Shown: in pieces, positions 23,166 through 32,675 of the stretch
Numbering within the stretch: position 1 is the first letter of the stretch
Layout of the letters: the number at the start of each line of letters is the position of its first letter
From: Methanobacteriaceae archaeon
GTDB lineage: Archaea > Methanobacteriota > Methanobacteria > Methanobacteriales > Methanobacteriaceae
Direction of reading: 5' to 3'
DNA length: 55,567 nt
NCBI GenBank assembly: GCA_003558085.1
Contig: PWMT01000168.1
Location: 1 to 55,567 of the forward strand
Translations under genes and position numbers: made by a program
The notes under the pieces: model-generated
Databases searched by the model: none
What the model saw: only the letters and a program-made list of their open reading frames with translations
What the model was told of the DNA's origin: nothing

Positions 23166-24908
23166 ATGAAAGGCGGACAGGCTATAATAAACTCTCTTAT
23201 TGATCAAGGAGCAGATATCGTTTTTGGATATCCCGGGGGACAATTACTACCTCTTTACGACATGATATATGATTCTGATCTAAAACATATCTTGGTTAGA
23301 CATGAGCAATGCGCAGCTCATGCAGCAGATGGCTACGCTCGGGCTTCTTGAAAAGTAGGGGGTTGTATTGCCACCTCTGGTCCAGGTGCAACTAATTTGG
23401 TTACCGGTATTGCCACTGCAAACATGGATTCAGCCCCTATTTTAGCCATAGCTGGACAGGTACCCACCCATTTAATTGGTAATGATGCATTTCAAGAAGT
23501 AGATATGATTGGAATCACCATCCCCATAACTAAACACAGCTTTCAAGCTAATGATGCTAATGAAATACCAGGAATGATTAAATCTGGATTTGAAATCGCA
23601 CGCACTGGCCGACCAGGGCCGGTGGTGATTGATCTACCTAAAGATATACAGGAGCAGGAGCTTGATAAATACCATTCCCACCAACTGGATTTACCAGGAT
23701 ACAAACCTACTTTGAAGGGACATCCTCTACAAATTAAAAAAGCTGCTGAAAGCATATTAAATGCTAAAAAACCAGTTATATTATCTGGTGGTGGTGTAAT
23801 AATTTCTAATGCATCATCAGAACTAAAAGAATTATCTAATTTAATAAAGGCGCCAGTTACCACTACTTTATTAGGTAAGGGTTCCTTTCCAGAAGATGAA
23901 CCGGCATCAATGGGAATGCTGGGTATGCATGGAAGAAAGGTAGCCAATATAACCGTGGATGAATGTGATTGTTTAATAGCAGTGGGTTGTCGTTTTTCAG
24001 ATCGAACCACTGGAAACTTGGAAGAATTTGCTAATAATGCCCAGATAATCCATATTGATGTGGATCCTGCAGAAATCGGTAAAAATGTTGATGTACATGT
24101 ACCTATTGTGGGAGACGCGAAAACTGTATTACAGCAATTACTAAGTATTATAAAAAAACAGAGCTTACCTAATAATAAAAAATGGTTTAATGAAGTTTAC
24201 GAATTCAAAAAAAGCTGCATCCCACGTACTTCCTTTGAAGAGGATATACCTTTAAAACCACAACAGGTAATTAAAGAGATTTCCCATGTAGTGGATGCAG
24301 ATACAATTCTCACTACTGATGTTGGTCAAAATCAGATGTGGATGGCTCATTTTTTTAAGTCTCAAAAACCAAGAAAGTTTATATCTTCTGGTGGTTTAGG
24401 AACTATGGGATTTGGCTTTCCAGCAGCTATGGGTGCTAAAGTAGCTCTTCCTGAAAGTGATGTTGTCGCAGTATGTGGAGATGGTGGCTTTTTAATGGTA
24501 AGTCAAGACCTGGCTACTGTCAAAGAATATGATATACCAGTAGTGATTTGTGTCCTAGATAATCGATACTTAGGAATGGTGGCTCAATGGCAAAAATTGT
24601 TCTTTGATAAACGGATGTCCCATACTTACCTGGGAGAAGTTCCTGACTTTGTAAAATTAGCTGAAGCATTTGGAGTTCGAGCAGAAAGAGTAGAAAAACC
24701 AGGAGATACACAGGAAGCTCTACAAAACGCTATAAAATCAGGTGAGCCCACGTTATTGGATATTATAATTGATCCTGATGAAATATTACCTATGGTTCCT
24801 CCCGGATGTGGTTTAACAGAAATTATAGGTGAATATAAAGTTGAAAGAGAACATCCCCGAGAGATAACCTATAAAAATACTGTGAAAAAACCGGTGGAAG
24901 GTGAATAG
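23166..24908 (+). pseudogene. ilvB: Acetolactate synthase large subunit interrupted by an in-frame TGA (true nonsense mutation or sequence error)
   Basis: ORFs 23166-23351 and 23397-24908 share one frame: RHEQ...YARAS*KVGGCIATSGPGATN. The ThDP motif GDGG...N is intact downstream. Confidence 0.9.
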
Positions 24909-25407
24909 CATGAACGAAAGAAGCCATATCATCAGTGCCCTGGTAGAACATAAGCCCGGTGTATTACAGAGGGTTGCGGGATTGTTTACCCGTAGAGGAT
25001 TCAATATAGACACTATAACTGTAGGGGAAACAGAAAAGAAAAAACTGGCCAGAATGACTATAATTGCTAAAGGTGATGATAAAGTATTAGAACAAATAAC
25101 CAAGCAATTAAATAAATTAATTGACGTGATCAAAGTTAGGGATCTGGAAATGGAAAACACGGTGAAAAGAGAACTGTGCCTGATAAAGGTACATACTCCC
25201 TTGGAAAAAATTCGCTCAGAAGTTATACAATATGCAGGCATATTTAGGGGACGGATTATTGATGTAAGTCCAGAAACATTGACCGTGGAAATCACCGGGG
25301 ATCCTGAAAAAATTGATGCCTTAATCGATCTTTTAAGAAATTTTGGAATTAAAGAAGTGGCGCGTACTGGTCCCACAGCAATGTCTAGAGGAATTAAAAC
25401 CATATAA
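24901..25407 (+). CDS. ilvH: Acetolactate synthase small (regulatory) subunit
   Basis: ACT domain [20 protein letters not shown], plus [12 protein letters not shown] and EVARTG. Confidence 0.95.
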   Translation: MNSMNERSHIISALVEHKPGVLQRVAGLFTRRGFNIDTITVGETEKKKLARMTIIAKGDDKVLEQITKQLNKLIDVIKVRDLEMENTVKRELCLIKVHTPLEKIRSEVIQYAGIFRGRIIDVSPETLTVEITGDPEKIDALIDLLRNFGIKEVARTGPTAMSRGIKTI

Positions 25408-25593
25408 ATTGTATTTAATCGAATCCCCAAAAATCAACCATTTTTATTTTAAAATAAATTTAAAATTTAAACCAAACAAGGTTTTGGTGGTAGGTTGGGG
25501 TCTAATATATTATTTAGTACAAAAATAAGAAGCAGTTAAATCATATTTTTAAAATCAAGTTGTTTTTTCATTTAATTTTGAGGAGGATGGAAA

Positions 25594-26580
25594 ATGAATA
25601 TATGTTATGAAAAAGACGTAGATACTCAAGTTCTAGCTGATAAAACCATTGCTGTTATTGGATATGGAAGTCAGGGTATGGCCCAGTCACGTAACATGGC
25701 AGATAGTGGTTTAAATGTAGTGGTGGGACTAAGAGAAGGTGGTAAATCATGGCAAAAAGCTCATGATGATGGTATGAAAGTAATGAATATAGAAGAAGCA
25801 ACTAATGTTGCAGACATTATTCATATCCTGATTCCTGATGAAATACAGGCAGGTGTATTCGAACAATCTATAAAACCTTATCTAAAAGAAGGTAACACCA
25901 TATCTTTTTCACATGGTTATAACATCCACTTTGGATATATTAAAGTCCCTAAAAATATAAATGTGATAATGATTGCTCCTAAAGGTCCTGGAGCTATGGT
26001 ACGAAAAACTTACCTGGAAGGATTTGGAATACCTGGACTAATGGCTGTAGAACAAGATTTCAGTGGGAACTCACGGGAACTTGCTTTAGCTATGGGTAAA
26101 GGTTGTGGTTTAGCTCGAGCTGGAATATTAGAAACTACCTTCCAAGAGGAAACCGAAACCGATCTTTTTGGAGAACAGGCCGTTTTATGCGGTGGTGTAA
26201 CCGAATTAATTAAAGCTGCTTTTAAAACTTTAGTAGATGCAGGATATCAGCCAGAATTAGCTTATTTTGAAACATGTCATGAATTAAAACTCATTGTTGA
26301 TTTAATTTATGAAAAAGGATTTTCAGGTATGTGGAACGATGTGAGTAATACTGCTGAATTTGGAGGGTTAAGCCGTCGCTCCAGAATTATTACTTCAGAA
26401 ACTCAACAGCAAATGGTGGAAATATTAACTGATATCCAAGAAGGCAAATTTGCTAAAGATTGGGCTTTAGAGAATCAAGCTGGTTTGCCCATGCTTAAAA
26501 GATTGAGGGAAATTGAAAGTGAGCTTAAAATTGAAAAAGAAGGTTCTAAGTTAAGAAAATTATGTGGATTAGAAAAATAG
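25594..26580 (+). CDS. ilvC: Ketol-acid reductoisomerase
   Basis: [29 protein letters not shown] and SNTAEFG. Confidence 0.98.
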   Translation: MNICYEKDVDTQVLADKTIAVIGYGSQGMAQSRNMADSGLNVVVGLREGGKSWQKAHDDGMKVMNIEEATNVADIIHILIPDEIQAGVFEQSIKPYLKEGNTISFSHGYNIHFGYIKVPKNINVIMIAPKGPGAMVRKTYLEGFGIPGLMAVEQDFSGNSRELALAMGKGCGLARAGILETTFQEETETDLFGEQAVLCGGVTELIKAAFKTLVDAGYQPELAYFETCHELKLIVDLIYEKGFSGMWNDVSNTAEFGGLSRRSRIITSETQQQMVEILTDIQEGKFAKDWALENQAGLPMLKRLREIESELKIEKEGSKLRKLCGLEK

Positions 26581-27609
26581 GTGAATAATTTGGTATTTGT
26601 AGGCATGGATCATGGAACTACAGGGGTTTCATTTACCATTCTTCCCTCATCCGCCGATACTAATAAGGTCGAACATTTCAAAATTGGGCGGGAAAGTCTT
26701 TCTCTACAAGAATTATCCGCTCTTGAACAATTATCTAAAAGAGTAGATTTAAATAAAATTAAACTTATGGCTATAACTTATGCTATGGGTGATGCTATTA
26801 ACTCTATTAAGCCATTGGATATGGTAGAAGATAGAGGGATAATTTCGATTGGTGGAGCAGGTAAGGTGACTGGTGGTGGTACCTCGGTTTATGAAGAAAT
26901 AGAAAAATCAGGTATACCTACTTTGCTAATTCCAGGCTTGCATAAAAATACTCCTTGTATGGATCCACGTTTTAAAGTAGCCTATTCCCACCATGGAAGT
27001 GCAGAAAAAATAAGTATTGCTTATAATGCTTTTCTGGAAACCGGTTGGGAAAATATGCTTGTAGCTGATATTAGCTCCAATACCGTCACCATCTTAGTGC
27101 AAGCTAGTGAAATAAAAGGTGCTATGGATGCCTGCTTAGGCGCCATGGGTGTAGTTCATGGGCCTCTTGATTTAGAGATGATAAGAAGTATTGATGATGG
27201 GAATAGAACTGCAAATGAATGTTTTTCGCGCGCAGGAGCAGTTAAAATAGCTCAAATAGATACTAAAGTCTCCCAGGCAAAAACAGAATTATTGAAAAAA
27301 TTTCTAAAGGGTGATGATCAAGCTATTCTAGCCTTGGATACTATGTTGATGACCATAGTAATGGAAATATGGGGTTTTATAGGTATTGCAGAAAAGATTG
27401 AAGGAATAGTGCTCACTGGCTCTATTGGTTCCATGGAAGAACCTGTTAATTTTTTTGGAGCTTTGAAAGATTATTTTGAAGACATTATCCCGGTGATTAG
27501 CTTACCTACCACTTCTGGGTCTATGGGTAGCGCTCAAATAGCTCGGGATATTTATAATGGTAAAAAAGATATTTTAGGAATTAAAGTAGAGGGTTATAAT
27601 CCTAAATAA
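26581..27609 (+). CDS. Methanogenesis marker protein 12 (UPF0285)
   Basis: FVGMDHGTTG, YAMGD, GAGKVTGGGT, DISSNTV and HGPLDLE. Confidence 0.85.
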   Translation: MNNLVFVGMDHGTTGVSFTILPSSADTNKVEHFKIGRESLSLQELSALEQLSKRVDLNKIKLMAITYAMGDAINSIKPLDMVEDRGIISIGGAGKVTGGGTSVYEEIEKSGIPTLLIPGLHKNTPCMDPRFKVAYSHHGSAEKISIAYNAFLETGWENMLVADISSNTVTILVQASEIKGAMDACLGAMGVVHGPLDLEMIRSIDDGNRTANECFSRAGAVKIAQIDTKVSQAKTELLKKFLKGDDQAILALDTMLMTIVMEIWGFIGIAEKIEGIVLTGSIGSMEEPVNFFGALKDYFEDIIPVISLPTTSGSMGSAQIARDIYNGKKDILGIKVEGYNPK

Positions 27610-27626
27610 AATGTTTATGAAAGTTA

Positions 27627-27833
27627 TTATTTTTTTAATGCAATAAAGGAAATCTTAGTACCTTTTATAAATTTTATCCCTTCTTCTGTCTCCAAAACGA
27701 TGTTAAGATAGTTATCCAAGGCCATAATTTTACCTTGATCTTCTTCTCTGTTTTTCAAACTGATTACCACATCTTTATTTTTAAACCGTAAAAATTGACG
27801 ATTTACCTGAAAATCACTATCTGTTTTTGACAT
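27627..27833 (-). CDS. Sm-like (LSm) protein
   Basis: Sm1 motif GKIMALDNYLNIVL and Sm2 motif FIKGTKISFI. Confidence 0.85.
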   Translation of the reverse strand: MSKTDSDFQVNRQFLRFKNKDVVISLKNREEDQGKIMALDNYLNIVLETEEGIKFIKGTKISFIALKK

Positions 27834-28009
27834 CTTAATCTCTCTATTTCTTTTCGTAATCTAATTAGAAAATTAAATTGCATATAGTTTTCCCCAACTT
27901 GGGATTACAGATTAATATCTATTTCTATAAGGTATACTATAAAATTAATTAGAGAATAATGTTTTAATTATAAGTTATTATATTTAAAATAAGATTAGGG
28001 TGCATGTAA

Positions 28010-28156
28010 ATGTCTGTAAATCAAATTGAAACTAACTTAGAAGCAGTTACCATCTCTATAGCTTATCTTGAAAAGTTGGGAAATTGCAATCCAGAGCTGC
28101 TGGAAGAACTTCGGAAGGAGAGAGACCGGCTTTTAAAAGAACTTAATATACGTTGA
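28010..28156 (+). CDS. Small 48-aa predicted helical protein (not in ORF track)
   Basis: [57 protein letters not shown]-like motif upstream; higher GC than the flanks. Confidence 0.7.
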   Translation: MSVNQIETNLEAVTISIAYLEKLGNCNPELLEELRKERDRLLKELNIR

Positions 28157-28302
28157 AAATTAAATAGATTTTTTAAACTGGAAAAAACCTGAATAAATTT
28201 TTTTTGGATTAATTCTCTCCTGGAAAGAATAAAATAAGATGGTAATAATTAGTTACCATTACAAGTGAATAAAATTTCCATTGCTTAATCTAAAAATATA
28301 TT

Positions 28303-29079
28303 TTAATCAATCCATTCTTTTAGGGGACCCATATCAGTGGTACAATCCAGAGAAAGAGGAGTCAAACTTGGTTTTCTGACTACTTTAAGTGTGTGTACGT
28401 CAGTATATTTTCTATCACTTCCCACTGGATGTCCATCGAGCCAATAATAAGGACGGCCGCGCGGATCTAATCTTTTTTGAATATGGGCCTGATACATCCG
28501 CTCTCCTAAATCAGTGATGATAATCTCATCACTTTGAGGATGGGCTGGAATATTCAAATTTAAGAAATCTGTACCTTCAGGTAAACCTCTTTTTATTATC
28601 TGCTTCACTACATAACGGGTTATCTTCTTGGCGAAGGAGAAATCTATATCTACATGGCCATCATGAAATTTGATTTCACCCCTAGTTACCTGTAAAGATA
28701 CGGCTAAAGCTGGAATTCCGTGTGTAGCTGCCTCCATGGCAGCGCCTATTGTACCAGAAGTTGTTAACTCTGATTTACCCAGATTTTCACCCACATTAAT
28801 TCCTGAAATCACTAAATCTGGTTTTTTCTCGGCTAATTCAAAAATTCCAAGAATAACAGCATCAGTAGGAGTCCCTGAAACGGAAAATGCTTTTCCACCA
28901 TCTCTCAATTTAATATCAGTGACTCTTATAGGTTCGAACAGTGTCAGAGCATGGCCAATACCACTTTGCTGTGTAGCAGGAGCGACTACTGTTATTTCAG
29001 CTAAGCCATTTATTGCTTTTTTACTGGCAATTATTCCTGAAGAATTTACTCCATCGTCATTAGTTATCAAAATTCTCAT
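28303..29079 (-). CDS. surE: 5'/3'-nucleotidase SurE
   Basis: ILITNDDG, QQSGIG, GTPTD, SGINVGEN and SGTIGAA. Confidence 0.97.
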   Translation of the reverse strand: MRILITNDDGVNSSGIIASKKAINGLAEITVVAPATQQSGIGHALTLFEPIRVTDIKLRDGGKAFSVSGTPTDAVILGIFELAEKKPDLVISGINVGENLGKSELTTSGTIGAAMEAATHGIPALAVSLQVTRGEIKFHDGHVDIDFSFAKKITRYVVKQIIKRGLPEGTDFLNLNIPAHPQSDEIIITDLGERMYQAHIQKRLDPRGRPYYWLDGHPVGSDRKYTDVHTLKVVRKPSLTPLSLDCTTDMGPLKEWID

Positions 29080-29301
29080 ATGAAAGGTTATATTGATGAA
29101 GTTTTTAATATTTTTGTATATTGATCAGAAGATATAATGATTTAATTATGTTCAAATAGGCCTATCAATTGTAAGGCATTACAGCAAATCATTACTTATC
29201 TTGCATAAAAGATTATTAGTTATAAGCTAGTAATAATAACATTAATAATTAAAGATTATAGCTTAATAGATTAAAAATTTCCTTTCTAGAAGGTGGGTTG
29301 T

Positions 29302-30072
29302 TTGCAAAAAAATAGATTAGTCGAATTCATGGCAAAAATTATGGAAGAATCCGGCTTTAAAGTATATAAAGACTTTAGAACTTCAAGGCATCTTATAGAT
29401 ATCTATGGAATTCTACCCACTATTTTAGGGGATATTGGAGTGGTAGTATCTTGTAAAAATTATGATAAAAAATGGAATGTGGGTCTTGACGTGTTAAAAG
29501 AAATGGAAATGGTAGGAAAAACTTTAAAAGCGTCTAAAGTAGTGGTTGTTACTACCTCCGCTTTCAGCTCACAGGCTGTGAATTATGCAGCTCGTAGAAA
29601 TATCAAACTAATTGATCGCGACAGTTTATTAAATTTGGCTCAGAAATTCTCCAAAAAATCAGCAGAGTTAATGGAAGAATATGAAGAATATGATGATTCA
29701 GAGGTATCTTATAATCCTCCAGGAACAACTCCAAGTATTTCTTATTCAACTAATAATTATAGAGCATCGTTAAATAGAAAAAGGGAGAAAATTAAAGCTA
29801 ATTGGCAACCTTTAGTACGGGGAATTCTAAGTAACACTCTGATTTTAATTATAATGGTAGTTGGATTCTCCTATATCACAGCCACTATGGTTGGCTATTT
29901 TATTCCCTTATCTACCAGTACTTTAGGTATATTAAAAATAGTACTATCCGTGCTTTTATCCTATGGTCTGGTCTTTATACTGGATAAGAAAGGTACCTTA
30001 GTTCTAGTTAAAGGAACCGCGGTATTTTTTATATCCCTTTTGGTTTTAATTATTCAAATAATTTTCTTTTAA
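29302..30072 (+). CDS. Mrr-like (PD-D/ExK) restriction endonuclease-fold protein with C-terminal transmembrane helices
   Basis: GFKV...IDIYG...VSCKNY...VTTSAFSSQA...NIKLIDRDSL, then an acidic linker and about three hydrophobic helices. Start uncertain (GTG 29293 or TTG 29302). Confidence 0.75.
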   Translation: MQKNRLVEFMAKIMEESGFKVYKDFRTSRHLIDIYGILPTILGDIGVVVSCKNYDKKWNVGLDVLKEMEMVGKTLKASKVVVVTTSAFSSQAVNYAARRNIKLIDRDSLLNLAQKFSKKSAELMEEYEEYDDSEVSYNPPGTTPSISYSTNNYRASLNRKREKIKANWQPLVRGILSNTLILIIMVVGFSYITATMVGYFIPLSTSTLGILKIVLSVLLSYGLVFILDKKGTLVLVKGTAVFFISLLVLIIQIIFF

Positions 30073-30124
30073 AATCAATAATTTAATTTTTCTAAGATAA
30101 CTCAAAAGTCCTGAGATAATTTAA

Positions 30125-30193
30125 GGGATGGGGAGATTCTAACATATGATCACCAGTTTCAGACGAGGTATCATAGCCCAAGGCCACCATCCC
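30125..30193 (-). pseudogene. Degenerate tRNA-Val-like sequence
   Basis: About 52/71 identities by hand alignment to the tRNA at 30410-30481. Acceptor stem GGGATGG/CCATCCC pairs; anticodon and T stems are broken. Confidence 0.7.
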
Positions 30194-30409
30194 TGGGTTT
30201 TTAATAAGCTATAGAACTATTTGCAGTTTATTGATTATTTGAATTTTAAAAGTTAATATGAAACAAATACGCCTCTTTTTATCCTTATAAAGCCATAAAA
30301 TGTCCTTTTAATTATAAAGGAAAAATTAATCGGGCAGTGAAATGCAGGTGAAATTTTTGAACAAAAATAGATTCGAATTACTTAATAAAATTTAAAAAAA
30401 ATTAATAAA

Positions 30410-30481
<72 letters not shown>

Positions 30482-30511
30482 CCTCGCGTACAACAAGTTT
30501 GCAAACCTAGA

Positions 30512-30526
30512 TATATAAAGTTTTCC
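30512..30526 (-). promoter_or_regulatory. BRE/TATA promoter of tRNA-Val
   Basis: Minus strand reads GGAAAACTTTATATA, about 30 nt upstream of the mature 5' end. Confidence 0.75.
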
Positions 30527-30748
30527 AAAGAAAAAATGTTAATTAAAATTTTCAAGTAAAAAACTTTCAATTAATTTTGAGGATCAAAAAGCAAAAATAG
30601 AATATTAATAAACATTTTAAATTACCCAATGAATAATATCTGATTTAGATAATTTCTAATTGATAGATTTAAAAATAAGTAGAAATATCAAATTTAAACT
30701 AAAATAACTAAAATAAATTAACAGTGAAAATTATAAGAGGTTTTTATT

Positions 30749-31672
30749 ATGGCTTGGGATGAAAATGGAAAAATCTGGTTTAATGGAGAGCTAATTGATT
30801 GGAAACATGCCCACATACACGTTCTATCTCATGTAATTCATTATGGTTCTAGTGTATTTGAAGGAATAAGATGCTATAAAAATAAACAAGGATCTGCAAT
30901 TTTTCGTTTGAAGGAACACGTGACCAGATTATTTGATTCTGCTCGAATATATCGCATGGAAATTCCTTATACTGAAAATGAAATATCTCAAGCCATTGTG
31001 GATACCATTAAAAGTAATGGTTTAGAGGAATGTTATATTAGGCCGATTGTATTTAGAGGAACCGGTGAATTAGGAGTTAATCCCTTAAATAGTCCCTTAG
31101 AAGTGGTAATTGCCGTATGGGAATGGGGAAGTTATCTAGGTCAGGAAGCTTTAGAAAAAGGAGTAGATGTGGGTGTTTCCACTTGGAGACGTATGGCTCC
31201 TGATACATTACCTAATATGGCTAAGGCTGGGGCAAATTACATGAATTCTCAGTTGGTAAAAATAGAAGCCTTGGAAAATGGTTATGATGAAGGAATACTG
31301 CTTGATTATCACGGAATGATTAGTGAAGGTAGCGGGGAAAATATTTTTCTAATTAAAGAGGATATTATATACACTCCTCCTATGGCAGCCTCTCTTTTAA
31401 AAGGCATTACCAGAGACTCTGTTATACATCTGGCTAAAGAAATGGATCTTGAAATTAGAGAAGAGCAACTGCCTAGAGAAATGCTTTATTTAGTCGATGA
31501 GATTTTTTTAACTGGGACTGCTGCAGAAATAAGCCCAATAAGATCTGTGGATAAAATAAAAGTAGGATCCGGTGAGAGAGGCCCTATAACTAAGAAACTC
31601 CAGAAAGAATTTTTCAGTATACTAGAAGCAAAAACAGAAGATCGATTCAACTGGTTATATTACTTGGACTAA
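30749..31672 (+). CDS. ilvE: Branched-chain amino acid aminotransferase
   Basis: [34 protein letters not shown] and GTAAE. Confidence 0.97.
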   Translation: MAWDENGKIWFNGELIDWKHAHIHVLSHVIHYGSSVFEGIRCYKNKQGSAIFRLKEHVTRLFDSARIYRMEIPYTENEISQAIVDTIKSNGLEECYIRPIVFRGTGELGVNPLNSPLEVVIAVWEWGSYLGQEALEKGVDVGVSTWRRMAPDTLPNMAKAGANYMNSQLVKIEALENGYDEGILLDYHGMISEGSGENIFLIKEDIIYTPPMAASLLKGITRDSVIHLAKEMDLEIREEQLPREMLYLVDEIFLTGTAAEISPIRSVDKIKVGSGERGPITKKLQKEFFSILEAKTEDRFNWLYYLD

Positions 31673-31676
31673 TTAT

Positions 31677-31711
31677 GCTAAGTTATAAGTTATCACTTAT
31701 AACTTATAATT
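31677..31711 (+). repeat. Second copy of the parA-promoter heptad array
   Basis: GCTAAGT TATAAGT TATCACT TATAACT TATAATT. Segment 31682-31709 matches 10012-10039 at 26/28. Perfect 12-bp inverted arms at 31679-31690 and 31695-31706. Confidence 0.75.
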
Positions 31712-31803
31712 AGAAATTTTTAAATGTAAGAATAATTTACTTAGCTATTTATCTAATCTAAGGATAATAATTATAAATTTTTCAGTGTATTAACGGTGAT
31801 CTA

Positions 31804-32628
31804 ATGGATATTATACAGGCCATAATTATTGGATTAGTGCAAGGATTTACAGAATTTCTTCCAATTAGCAGCACAGCACAATTAGTATTCGTAACACAGG
31901 CTTTAGGAGCACAAGAGTCTCTTGCTTTTGATACTTTACTACACCTGGCCACATTGGTGGCGGTGGTTAGTTATTTCTGGAAAGACTTAGTACATATGGT
32001 TGTATCTTTCATATCTAGTTTGCAAGATATTCCCCGTGGAAATTTTAAACAGGGATTTAAAGAGGATCCCTATAAAAAATTAGCTTGGTTAATTATAATT
32101 GGTACCATGCCCGCCGGTTTGATGGGACTTTTTCTTAAAGACTTTTTTGAATCTCTCTTCACCAATATATTAGTTGTAGGATCTTTACTTTTGATCACCG
32201 GTATGTTACTTTGGGCTTCCGAAAGAATAGGTGGTGGTGAAAGATCCATAAAAGATATGGGATTAAAGACTACACTTTGGATTGGTTTATTCCAAGGATT
32301 TTCACTTGCTCCAGGAATATCTCGATCAGGAGCCACTATATCTGCAGGTTTATTTTCAAATTTGGAAAGAGAATTAGCAGCTCGGTTCAGTTTTTTGCTT
32401 TCCATACCTATCATAATGAGCGCGGGATTAATACAGATCCCAGATATAGGCTCTGGTTTTGATTTAAATACATGGGCGTTTATTGCTGGTTTTGCAGCAT
32501 CAGCAATTTCTGGATACTTGGCCATAAAGATCTTGTTAAAAATTATTAAAGAAAGAAGTTTAATGATCTTCGCCTATTACTGCTGGTTAGCCGGATCTAT
32601 AGCTATATTATCTTCATTATTTATTTAA
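31804..32628 (+). CDS. uppP: Undecaprenyl-diphosphate phosphatase
   Basis: GLVQGFTEFLPISS, PGISRSGATI and AARFSFLLSIP. Confidence 0.95.
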   Translation: MDIIQAIIIGLVQGFTEFLPISSTAQLVFVTQALGAQESLAFDTLLHLATLVAVVSYFWKDLVHMVVSFISSLQDIPRGNFKQGFKEDPYKKLAWLIIIGTMPAGLMGLFLKDFFESLFTNILVVGSLLLITGMLLWASERIGGGERSIKDMGLKTTLWIGLFQGFSLAPGISRSGATISAGLFSNLERELAARFSFLLSIPIIMSAGLIQIPDIGSGFDLNTWAFIAGFAASAISGYLAIKILLKIIKERSLMIFAYYCWLAGSIAILSSLFI

Positions 32629-32675
32629 TTTTAGCTAATGGATGAATATGATAATTAATTTAAGAAAAGATTAAT

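Noticed and set aside
23349-23351. Selenocysteine or UGA recoding in ilvB
   Set aside because: The aligned residue is Gly, not Cys; no SECIS-like element was recognised; TGA acts as a stop in other genes here.
24813-25430. Antisense ORFs such as this 205-aa one, and 23543-24010, 28670-29083, 32070-32525 and 55215-55505
   Set aside because: They are shadows of well-supported genes on the opposite strand and carry no recognisable motifs.
28450-28470. GC-rich patch in surE
   Set aside because: Largely explained by the conserved DPRGRP peptide; no extended hairpin.
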